Under the pieces are notes generated by a model. It saw only the letters and a list, made by a program, of their open reading frames with translations, did no database searches and had not been told where the DNA came from. 64,000 bases of DNA from Acidobacteriota bacterium (GTDB lineage Bacteria > Acidobacteriota > UBA890 > WLXD01): NCBI GenBank assembly GCA_963666215.2, contig CAXWPL010000005.1, positions 1,408,001 to 1,472,000 on the forward strand, given 5' to 3'. Both the position numbers and the translations under genes were made by a program. The first letter of the stretch is position 1, and each line of letters starts with the position of its first letter. Positions 52,304 to 60,898 of the stretch are shown piece after piece.

Positions 52304-52659
52304 CGCCGAGTAGACGACCTCTCCGCTCTCAGCATCCCACTCCAGACGGTCGAGGACGAGGGGGCAACGAATCATGGTTCGGCCGAGTCGTACCGCGCCC
52401 TGGCGGTCCTCAGCCCGCACCGAGCCGTGGGTCCACAAGCCGCTGTGCGGCCGGAGAGCATGTTGTTCACCGTGTCAGCGTCGATCCGTCCCTTCTCGAG
52501 CAGCATCCTGAGCACCTCGGCTCGGAAGAGGCGCTCCACCTTCTGGGCGTCGAAGTAGAGAAGGTGTCGAAAGGTCCCGTCAGGGAGCCAGGCGCCATCG
52601 GCCATCAGGACGTGGATATGTGGGTGAAATCGCAACAGCTCCCCGGACGTCTGGATGAA
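52304..52659 (-). mobile_element. IS91-like piece 9 (HUH region)
   Basis: RFHPHIHVLMADG. Ends at the same base as piece 5. Confidence 0.88.
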
Positions 52660-52714
52660 CCACCGTCAGCGCGATCATCAGTGCACCGATGAGAACGAGA
52701 ACGAGCATCAGGGT

Positions 52715-53245
52715 CTAGTCGGCCCGGCGCACTGTCTCCAACGGGACTGGCGAGCCTCCCATGACGAACCGCCCCACGCCTGTCGCCTCGTCGATCTGCG
52801 CATCGGCCCCAAGCACTGCCATGCCCTTTCCGTTGCCTTCGGCATCGACGGTGAGATCGATGATCGTCATCGCCTGCTCCAGGGAGCCGCTGACGACTAG
52901 CTCGGGGGTGCGGCTGATCGGCCGATCCGCGACCAGATGGATTCGTCGGCCGTCGCCGGCCTTGAAGGAGATGGCATAGTGGAGGTCGTAACGTAGCTCC
53001 TCGGTGAGCACGACATAGCCTGTCGTCTTCTGTTCCTCCAGCGCCTGCAGAGTCAGCCCCACATCGCTCTTCTTGACGACCTCGATCAAGGCAGCCCGCT
53101 CGGCGGGGGTCGTCCAGCGCTCGACGACGACCTCGACCGGCGTCTCGAGCTGTGAGCCTTCGACGATGAAGCGGAGAAGTAGCTCACCCAGTTGCGCTCT
53201 CAGCGCGCCGCTGAGAAGCAGGGGCAGGATCAGGAGGCCGAGCAA
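52715..53245 (-). CDS. Secreted hypothetical protein
   Basis: Hydrophobic N-terminus, VVERWTTPAER...LRYDLHYA...LVADRPI. Start uncertain. Confidence 0.6.
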   Translation of the reverse strand: MLGLLILPLLLSGALRAQLGELLLRFIVEGSQLETPVEVVVERWTTPAERAALIEVVKKSDVGLTLQALEEQKTTGYVVLTEELRYDLHYAISFKAGDGRRIHLVADRPISRTPELVVSGSLEQAMTIIDLTVDAEGNGKGMAVLGADAQIDEATGVGRFVMGGSPVPLETVRRAD

Positions 53246-53448
53246 AGCGCGCCGAAGCGTGTCCGGGTATCGCTTCAGGTGTTGCGCGAGTGGTCACTCA
53301 TCATAGAGCTCCTCTACGGGACTAGCCCGGGAATGTGTTGCAGCCGGTTCACAGGTCCAGGAAGCAGGCCTCATGGTAGTGCGAAGCCGCCAACAACGCC
53401 AGAGTGGAAGGCCGATGCGCTAGACTCCCGGCAAGCGATTGGAGAGCG

Positions 53449-54945
53449 ATGAAACCAGGGAATCGGGTCCTGGCCCGAACCGTGCCGACCCGCACACGAC
53501 TGGCTTTCGGGGTCGGCGCCGCGGCCGAGAACATGTCGCTCTACTCGCTGTCGATCCTCGGCCTGCTGTTCTACAACCAGGTGCTTGGACTGGACGTGCT
53601 ATTGGCGGGCCTGGTGCCCACGATTGCCCTGCTGACCGACGCCATCTCGGATCCTCTGTTCGGCTCGTTCTCGGATCGTTATCGCTCCAAACGATGGGGG
53701 CGGCGTCATCCGTTCATGCTGATCTCGCCGATACCCATCGCGCTCAGCTTCTTCTGCGTCTTCAACCCACCGGACGACCTGACGCCAAACCAGCTCTTCG
53801 GGTGGTTCCTCATCTGGTCCATCAGCCTGCGGACGTTCATGACCGTGTACCACGTGCCTCACCTGGCGATGGGCGGCGAGCTGTCGAGCCGCTACATCGA
53901 ACGCTCCCGCATCATGAGCTACAACAACTTCTTCTCCTGGTTTGGTGGTGCCGGGTTGTTCAAGCTGAACACGGTCGTCTTCTTCGCTTCGGTGGCCGTG
54001 GCAACCAACGGACTCTTGAATCGCGACGCCTACCCGGCGTTCTCGATCGCGATGGCGGTCTTCATCCTGGTCGTTCTTTTCAGCTCTGCCTGGTTCACCA
54101 TAGACCGGATTCCGACGCTGCCGCAGGCACCGGAGGATCTGGACGGGTTTTCGATACGCGCATTCGGTCGCGACGTCGCTTCCGCCTTCTCGAACCGCAA
54201 CTACCGGATGCTGATGATCGCCTTCTTCGCCCTGTCGCTGATGCTCGGCCTGCGCCTGGCGCTCACCAACTACATGAACATCTTCTACTGGGAGCTACGG
54301 TCGGAGGACATCGGCACCTTGCTTTTCACCGGATCGTTCATCGGCTATGTCACCGGGTTCATGTTGACGGCGCGTTTGCACACCCGCTTCGACAAGCGGC
54401 GTACCATCGTGCTCACCGCGCTCGGACTATCGGTCTTCCCGGCAATACCGGTGGTCCTCCGATTGATGGGCACGTTTCCGGAAAACGGCTCGCCTTGGCT
54501 GCTGTGGGCGATCGCCGGATTCCAGGCCCTTTCGTCCGGCTCCGGCAGCATTCTGAACATCAGCGTCATGTCGGCGTTGGCGGACATCGCGGACGAGAAC
54601 GAGGTTCGCATCGGTCATCGACAGGAGGGCACGCTCTATGCCGCGCGGACGTTCTTCGCCAAGCTCGACAACTCACTCGGCCAGGGGATCGCCGCCTTGT
54701 CGCTGGCGATCATCGGCTTTCCGAAGAACGCGCAGCCGGGCGCGGTCGATGCCGACACCATCTACTGGCTGGGCTTGATCGAGTCGCCTCTCTCGATCGT
54801 TCCGGGTCTCATAGCCGCGTGTTTCTACGCCCAGTACCGCATCAACCGAAAGCAGTACGAGGACACGCGTCAGCAGCTCGATGAGATACACGCGCGACGC
54901 GCCACGGATGTGTCCCGTTTTTTGTGGAAATGGGTTCAGGCGTAG
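53449..54945 (+). CDS. MFS transporter (GPH/MFS_2), copy 2, last codons replaced by IS256
   Basis: Close paralog of 21210-22667. The original end (RATG*) lies beyond the IS at 56270-56284. Confidence 0.9.
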   Translation: MKPGNRVLARTVPTRTRLAFGVGAAAENMSLYSLSILGLLFYNQVLGLDVLLAGLVPTIALLTDAISDPLFGSFSDRYRSKRWGRRHPFMLISPIPIALSFFCVFNPPDDLTPNQLFGWFLIWSISLRTFMTVYHVPHLAMGGELSSRYIERSRIMSYNNFFSWFGGAGLFKLNTVVFFASVAVATNGLLNRDAYPAFSIAMAVFILVVLFSSAWFTIDRIPTLPQAPEDLDGFSIRAFGRDVASAFSNRNYRMLMIAFFALSLMLGLRLALTNYMNIFYWELRSEDIGTLLFTGSFIGYVTGFMLTARLHTRFDKRRTIVLTALGLSVFPAIPVVLRLMGTFPENGSPWLLWAIAGFQALSSGSGSILNISVMSALADIADENEVRIGHRQEGTLYAARTFFAKLDNSLGQGIAALSLAIIGFPKNAQPGAVDADTIYWLGLIESPLSIVPGLIAACFYAQYRINRKQYEDTRQQLDEIHARRATDVSRFLWKWVQA

Positions 54946-56269
54946 TCCTCCGAGTCGTCTTTTGCTAAATCCTACCGTTTACGCGGCCCTCTCAACCTCG
55001 AGCAGGAGCTGAAGCGCCCGGTAGCCGTTAATCCTTCGCAGGTGTATCTGCCCGAAGGCGACGAGCCCCCAGAGGAGCGTGACGCCGGCAGCCTCGGTGG
55101 CAAAGGAGCCCTGGGTTTTAGTGCGGCGACGAAACTCGCGGTTCAGGTTCTCCAGAGCGTTGGTCGTGCGCACCGAACTCCACAGCGATTTGGGGAGCTC
55201 GTAGAAGGTCAGTAGCTGGAACCCTGCCTCCTCAAGGCTGCGAGCCACCGCCGGGACTAGTCGCGACCACTTGGTGACGAACGCCGCGTAGGCCTTGCGG
55301 GCCTGTGCCGCGTCCTCGGCTCGTACGATCGAGTGCCAGTCACGCCGCAGCTCGTCGTGTGCGTGCACCGGGCAGTGTTTCTTCAGATTCTCCCACTTGT
55401 GTTGGACGCAGCGCTGGACTTTGACCTCAGGCCAAGCCTTCAGCGCCGCGGCCAGCCCTTTGTGGCCATCCGTGACCAGGTAGCGCGGAGCCTGAAGACC
55501 TCGGGCCTTCAGATCCTCGATCAGCCACTTCCAGTGCTCGGCGGCCTCGCTCGCGGCTAAACGTAAGGCCACCAGCACCTTGGTGCCGTCCGGAGTCACA
55601 CCCAGCACCACCAGCACCGGTACCGAGACCACTCGACGGGCCAAGCGGACCTTCAGGTGAAAGCCATCGAGAAACAGAAGCACGTAGGACTCCTCCGACA
55701 GATCGCGCTCACTCCAGCGAGCAAAAAGCTCCTTCAGCCGAGACACCACACGCGAAACTGCGCTCTTGGACAGGTGCTCCTCACCCAGCAGCGGAGCCAA
55801 TGCCTTCTTGATCCGGCGGCTGTTAGCGCCAGCCAGATACGCACCCAGGATCGCGTCATCGACCTCCTGCGTACGACGAGCGTAACGCGGCACGATCGCA
55901 CTGCGAAACTCTACGCTGGCCCCATCCTCGCCGACTAGCCGTCCTCGTGGAATGTCCAGTTCCTTCGACCCACACGCCGTCGTGATCAGACGACGCTGCT
56001 TGCCGTTGCGATAGCCCGCACGCTCGCCTGAACGCTCGTAGGCGCTGCAGCCCAGCGCCTCGGACAGCTCTTCCTCGAGTGTGATCTCGATCGCCGCACG
56101 AACACGCTCGCGTAACAACGAACGAATGTCCTGACGGAAGCGTGCAGCTTCCCCTTCCTCGTTGATATTCTCCACCATGGCGTAATCCTCCGTTCGCCCT
56201 AACCGGCGATGTGTTTGACCACTAGGAGGTTACGCCATTCTCAATTTCCACAGCATTCGGGACGGATCC
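54906..56269 (-). mobile_element. IS256-family element, intact
   Basis: Imperfect IRs GGATGTGTCCCG...GTGGAAAT and ATTTCCAC...CGGGACGGATCC. 8-bp TSD CGCGCCAC (54898-54905, 56270-56277). Confidence 0.93.
54979..56178 (-). CDS. IS256-family (mutator) transposase
   Basis: GYRNG, LFLDG, VTDGHKGL, VQRCVQHK, RTTNALENLNREFRRRTK. Confidence 0.95.
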   Translation of the reverse strand: MVENINEEGEAARFRQDIRSLLRERVRAAIEITLEEELSEALGCSAYERSGERAGYRNGKQRRLITTACGSKELDIPRGRLVGEDGASVEFRSAIVPRYARRTQEVDDAILGAYLAGANSRRIKKALAPLLGEEHLSKSAVSRVVSRLKELFARWSERDLSEESYVLLFLDGFHLKVRLARRVVSVPVLVVLGVTPDGTKVLVALRLAASEAAEHWKWLIEDLKARGLQAPRYLVTDGHKGLAAALKAWPEVKVQRCVQHKWENLKKHCPVHAHDELRRDWHSIVRAEDAAQARKAYAAFVTKWSRLVPAVARSLEEAGFQLLTFYELPKSLWSSVRTTNALENLNREFRRRTKTQGSFATEAAGVTLLWGLVAFGQIHLRRINGYRALQLLLEVERAA

Positions 56270-56300
56270 CGCGCCACTGGCTAGCTATAGCTATAGCTAG

Positions 56301-56900
56301 GGTACTGTCAGGTTGAGCCTGTTGGTGGCAGAGTGCGCCCATGAAGAGCAGCACACTCAGCTACCGCGGCTATCGGTTCCCGCCCGAGATCATCGCCCAC
56401 GCAGTCTGGCTCTACCCTCGCTTCTGTCTGAGCCTTCGGGACGTCGAAGATCTCCTCGCGGAGCGCGGAATCACTGTCTCTCACGAGACCATCCGCCAAT
56501 GGTGCCGGAAGTTCGGCACCGAGTACGCACGGAAGCTGAAGCGGCGGGGAGGCAGACTGGGCGACACGTGGTTCTTGGACGAGCTCTTCGTGACCATTCA
56601 GGGCAAGAGGCAGTACGCCAACAACCGAGCCGAAGTCTCCCACCAGCCGACCCGGCAACGAGAGCGACAGATGCGCCGCTTCAAATCACCCGGCCAAGCG
56701 CAGCGATTCCTGTCCGCTCACGGAGCCATCCAGAACCTGTTCCGCGTTGGGCGGACCTGGTCAGCTCCGCAAACCACCGAGTTCTACGAGATCGCTCCTT
56801 CGGTGTCTGGCGACAGGAGACGTGTGCCTCCTGAGTCCGAGTCGAACCAACCTTCGACAACGCCGGAGCTCGCCTCGACCAAGGCCAAGTTGACAGTGCC
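56301..56900 (+). mobile_element. IS6-family element with internal deletion
   Basis: IRs GGTACTGTCA and TGACAGTGCC. The transposase (YRFPPEII...WFLDE...GKRQY) jumps directly to ANNRAEVSHQPTR, so the central catalytic segment is missing. Confidence 0.88.
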
Positions 56901-56961
56901 GCACTAACCCTTCAGGAGCGCGCTTACTCCTCTCCGATCTGGTTGATACCGCGATAAGGAG

Positions 56962-57336
56962 CGGCTCGAAACGATCTTCGTAGACCTGGGGAGGAAGCGC
57001 TCGAAGTGGTGTGTCAAGGCGCGGTACGCCACGCTCCGCTCCGGCCGCCGCCGGCGATAGACCTGGCTGTGAGCCGCCTCTGCCATTGCCTCCCGTCGAA
57101 GACAAGAGACGGAAAGCGGCGCTCAGATCTGGCACCGATCGCACCTAATGCTCTTCCGCCCCGAGCTCGGCTTCCGCTCGAACCTCGCTGGGGAACGACC
57201 GTGGGCGGTAGCTTTCCCCCGGCTGCTGCAGCTGAGTTCAACGCTGCGTGCCTTGATACGATCGGTCCATGAGGGTCTCAGGAACACCCAGCGTCATTCA
57301 TTCGGATCCTGAGATCCTCGGTGGCGCACCCGTTTT
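56962..57336. mobile_element. Backbone piece 10 (transposase 5' end, upstream region, DUF433 start)
   Basis: Near-identical to ~35918-36291. Confidence 0.88.
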
Positions 57337-57792
57337 GTTGGCGACCGCGAGTGGTTCGACTACGAGATCCGGGTCGAAGCGCCAGCGGTTGTAGCCTTCG
57401 CCGGTGGTCGCCGTCAGCGGCTTGTAGGCCTTGCCCAGCCAGTAGCCGCGCTCCGAGCTCTCGTTGTACATGAAGTCGGCGGTCGAGGCTTGTCGAGTGG
57501 CGTCGCCGCCGTTGGGGACGATGCCCTGGTAGTGGCCGTTGAGCTCTGCCATCGGTACGGCGGGTAGGGATTTCCACAGGGCTAGGACGGCGTCGCGGTC
57601 TAGAGCCAGGAGTTGCTCCATGGTCCAGGTGCCGGAGTGCGACAGCGGGAGGCTGCTTGGCGTTTGGGTGGTGGCTGTGGTGGTGGCGTCTTCGGCGGGT
57701 TCTGTTGGCGGGGCCGCGGGTGCGGTGGTGGGCGTGCAGAAGAGGATGGCTAGCGCTGCCATTGCCACGAGAGTCGTGGGGGTTCGTCTCAT
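57337..57792 (-). pseudogene. Secreted hypothetical protein truncated by the backbone piece
   Basis: RBS and signal peptide, then WTMEQLLAL...GYWLGKAY...GEGYNRW, cut near 57337. Confidence 0.6.
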
Positions 57793-57856
57793 AGGGAGGC
57801 CTCCTTATCGAGTGGTTTGAATATAAGGCAGGCCTGGGGCGGTGTCGAGGGCGTAA

Positions 57857-57884
57857 GACGCCCCCCAGGGACGGGGGGCGCTAC
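57857..57884 (-). repeat. GTAG-type REP-like palindrome
   Basis: Minus strand GTAG-CGCCCCCC-GTCCCT-GGGGGGCG, 3' of a gene. Confidence 0.55.
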
Positions 57885-57912
57885 ACGAAGGAAGGAAGGA
57901 ACGGGACGGCCA

Positions 57913-58282
57913 TTACGGCGCGAAGCTCGAACGGGCGCTAATTCCCCACGTGTCGTTCTCTTTCGTCACCAGGTACAAGGTGTTGAAGGTCGAGATCACT
58001 TCGCCGGCGGCGTTGTAGCGACTGAAGGTGAGCGCCACGTTGGCGGCGTTCTCGGCGACCTGGATGGCCTCGATCTCATCCCAGGCGCTGTGGTCCCAGC
58101 CGAAGCGCTCGGCGAAGGCGTCGAAGTCCATGTTGGCGACGAACTCTTCTTCGGTTTCGGTCACGACCACTTCGCCGCTCGCGAGGCGAAGGTGGGGGAA
58201 GTGGAGGGTCGATGCCCAGGCCTGCGGGTCGCGTGCGTTGAACGCCGTCATGTACTCCTCGACCTTGGCGACGGCGATCTCA
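57913..58282 (-). pseudogene. NTF2/SnoaL-like protein lacking its N-terminus
   Basis: VEEYMTAFNARD...LHFPHLRL...TWGISARSSFAP, fused to the upstream stub. Confidence 0.55.
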
Positions 58283-58645
58283 TCGCTCTGGTGAAGGTAT
58301 CGACGACCAGGGTGGCTACCGCCACACCCAGAGTCTCGACGTACTCGCAATCCGTCATTCCCTGCTCCAGAAGCCCCTCGACCCAATGTCCCGCGATCCG
58401 TCCGGGGTCGGTGACAACGCGATGAACGACCTCCACCACCTGGTTGGGCAACTCGCCCAGGCTGTCGTGCGAGCCCTCGAGCCCATACGGTGACAAGCCC
58501 GCGCGTTTCGGGTCTCTCCCGCGATGGCGACCCGGCGCTCAGAGGTCCACCAGGTGCCCGGCGTTCCCAGGTGGCGCCAGATACGTCGGTGGGCCTCGAC
58601 GAGATCTCCTCTGACGAGCAGAGAAGAAGCGGTATAGTCGATCAT
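58283..58645 (-). pseudogene. Alkylhydroperoxidase-related protein stub with internal deletion
   Basis: HRRIWRHLGTPGTWWTSERRVAIAGETRNARAC, frame jump, VVEVVHRVVTDPGRI...EYVETLGV. Confidence 0.55.
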
Positions 58646-58713
58646 CGGCGGTAGCGTACCAAGCCGAGTTGAGGGTTGGAAGAGCGATGGCGTAAGAGGT
58701 CTCCTCGGTCGAT

Positions 58714-60267
58714 TTGATCGGGAGAGGATTGGAGGGGCGCTGGGTGAGAACGCCGCTATCAGGGTTGATATTACTGGTCGCCTTCGGCTTGAGCGCCTGC
58801 GCAAACGAGGGGTCGGATCCCTCGGCGGCGGAGAGCGCCCAGGCTCCGGAGCCGGCACGTCAACCGAACATCATCGTGATCCTCGCCGACGATCTCGGCT
58901 ATGCCGACATCTCGACCTACGGCGACCGGGTGGCGACACCCAACATCGATCGCATCGGCAAAAAGGGCGCGATCTTCGAGCAGGGCTATGTGACCACGCC
59001 GGTCTGCTCCCCTTCGCGCGCGGCGCTGGTGACCGGTCGTTACCAGCAGCGCTACGGCTTCGAGCACAACGCTCGCGAGTCACCCGAGGTGCCCGATGTC
59101 GGCCTCATCGCCGGTGAGCTGACGATCGCCGATCATCTCAAGCGCGCCGGCTACGCGACCGGAATCGTTGGCAAGTGGCACCTCGGTTTCAAAGACGAAC
59201 ACTATCCGACCCATCGCGGCTTCGACGAGTTCTACGGTCATCTCTCGGGAGCAACGCAATTCGTCAATGTGCTCTCGCAAGGGGTTCATTCGATGGCGTT
59301 CGACGACGAACTTCGTGCCAGACCGCCTGAAGACCCGCGCACTGATCTCCTCGTTCGTGGAAGCGAGCCCCTCTCTCCGCCCAACCGAAGCGGAGGCAAC
59401 CAAATCGTCGAAGGGCCCGAGAGGACGGTCCGCGAAGTGGCGGAGTACATCACCGACGTATTCGGTGAGAGATCGGTCGACTTCATCAGCCGGCACAAAG
59501 ACGAGCCCTTTTTTCTTTACTCCGCGTTCAATGCGCCGCATTCGCCCTTTCAAGTCACCCAGGAGTACTACGACCGCTTTCCGGACGAGAAAAACGAGCT
59601 CCTGCGCATCTACTTCGGGATGATCGCTGCCCTCGACGATGCGGTCGGGCGCATCCTCGACACTCTCGAGGAGAACGGTCTTGCCGACAACACCCTCGTC
59701 GTTTTCCTCGGCGATAACGGCTGCGCAGGCTATGTCCCGGGACTGTGCTCTTGCGAGCCGCTTTCGGGCGGCAAGGCCACCTTCTACGAGGGCGGCGTGC
59801 GAGTGCCGTTCTTGATGCGGTGGCCACAGGCGATCGAAGCGGGTAGCCGCGTGACGACGCCGGTGTCTTCACTCGACATTCTGCCAACCGCAATCGCCGC
59901 CGCCGGGCAGACCGCGCCCGAGGGTCTCGCCCTCGACGGTCACAATCTCCTGCCGCTGTTCGAGGAAGGGGGTGGGGGTTCGCATCACGACCGTCTGGTA
60001 TTCCGCATGTCTCCGGCCATTGCAGTTCGCCAGGGCGATATGAAGCTGATCAAGCCCAACCAGGATGAGCCCCTGGGCTTCCTCTACGACCTATCTGTGG
60101 ACGTGCGCGAACAGAACAACCTCGCGGATGAGCGCCCCGAGGTGATCCAGTCGCTCGAGGAGGAGATCGAAGACTGGCGATCGATCACCGCCGAGCCGCT
60201 CTGGGGTCCTCGCCCGCCCTTGACCTACTCGATCTGCGGTATCGAGCCGATCGGCTTCGAGGTATGA
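58714..60267 (+). CDS. Sulfatase (lipoprotein)
   Basis: LSAC lipobox, PNIIVILADDLGYAD, CSPSR, GKWHLG. Confidence 0.93.
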   Translation: MIGRGLEGRWVRTPLSGLILLVAFGLSACANEGSDPSAAESAQAPEPARQPNIIVILADDLGYADISTYGDRVATPNIDRIGKKGAIFEQGYVTTPVCSPSRAALVTGRYQQRYGFEHNARESPEVPDVGLIAGELTIADHLKRAGYATGIVGKWHLGFKDEHYPTHRGFDEFYGHLSGATQFVNVLSQGVHSMAFDDELRARPPEDPRTDLLVRGSEPLSPPNRSGGNQIVEGPERTVREVAEYITDVFGERSVDFISRHKDEPFFLYSAFNAPHSPFQVTQEYYDRFPDEKNELLRIYFGMIAALDDAVGRILDTLEENGLADNTLVVFLGDNGCAGYVPGLCSCEPLSGGKATFYEGGVRVPFLMRWPQAIEAGSRVTTPVSSLDILPTAIAAAGQTAPEGLALDGHNLLPLFEEGGGGSHHDRLVFRMSPAIAVRQGDMKLIKPNQDEPLGFLYDLSVDVREQNNLADERPEVIQSLEEEIEDWRSITAEPLWGPRPPLTYSICGIEPIGFEV

Positions 60268-60292
60268 AAGCGAGCTCGCCGCTCGTCGTCGC

Positions 60293-60535
60293 TCAGCTCG
60301 CTGCGGTGCCGAGCTCCTCCAGGTGCCGCGCAATCAACATCTTGATGAGGGACTGACGGGGAACCCCTAGCCTCGAGGCCTCGCGATCGAGAGACTCGAC
60401 CATCCAGTTGGGAAAATCGACATTGACTCGGCGCTGCTCGTGACCGGGGCGTCGCACCTTTGACAGATCAAGATACCTGGTGATGTCCTCGCCCGCATCG
60501 AACTTCTTGTCGAGCTCCTTCGCCTTAGCCTTCAT
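60293..60535 (-). CDS. brnA: BrnA/CopG-like antitoxin
   Basis: KELDKKFDAGEDITRYLDLS...RVNVDFPNWMVESLD...RQSLIK. Confidence 0.85.
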   Translation of the reverse strand: MKAKAKELDKKFDAGEDITRYLDLSKVRRPGHEQRRVNVDFPNWMVESLDREASRLGVPRQSLIKMLIARHLEELGTAAS

Positions 60536-60785
60536 AGAGTTCGATCTCCTCTCTGCGAGACCGTCGAACCGAGATAATCCGCAGACGGTCGCCTCGATAG
60601 GTGATGATCGCGGACCACGACAGATCCTCGATCTTCCCGACGATCAGGATCCTTGGCTCGTCCGCAGTCCTCGCCGGGACGGCAATCAAGTCGGGGTCGT
60701 TCCACAGCTCTTGCGCCTCGATGAAATCGATGCCGTGTTTCTTCTGGTTCGAGCGACTCTTGCGGACGTCGAACTCGAACCTCAT
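60525..60785 (-). CDS. brnT: BrnT family toxin
   Basis: MRFEFDVRKSRSNQKKHGIDFIEAQELW...RIISVRRSR, overlapping the antitoxin start. Confidence 0.88.
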   Translation of the reverse strand: MRFEFDVRKSRSNQKKHGIDFIEAQELWNDPDLIAVPARTADEPRILIVGKIEDLSWSAIITYRGDRLRIISVRRSRREEIELYEG

Positions 60786-60898
60786 GGTATAAAAATTATA
60801 CCTCACAAGGCCAAGTCTCGGAGGGCCTTCGCTCTCTGGCAGCAGCTCGCAGCTCTCCAGGCCAAGCGCCGGTGCGGCTCGAGCGACTGCGCGGTACT

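Noticed and set aside
56280-56300. GCTAGCTATAGCTATAGCTAG palindromic run between IS256 and IS6
   Set aside because: Very short low-complexity sequence with no supportable function.
1616-57336. CRISPR array or classical integron as the explanation of the repeats
   Set aside because: Repeats are hundreds of bp, variable in extent and kb apart. I saw no cas genes, no intI and no attC-like sites.
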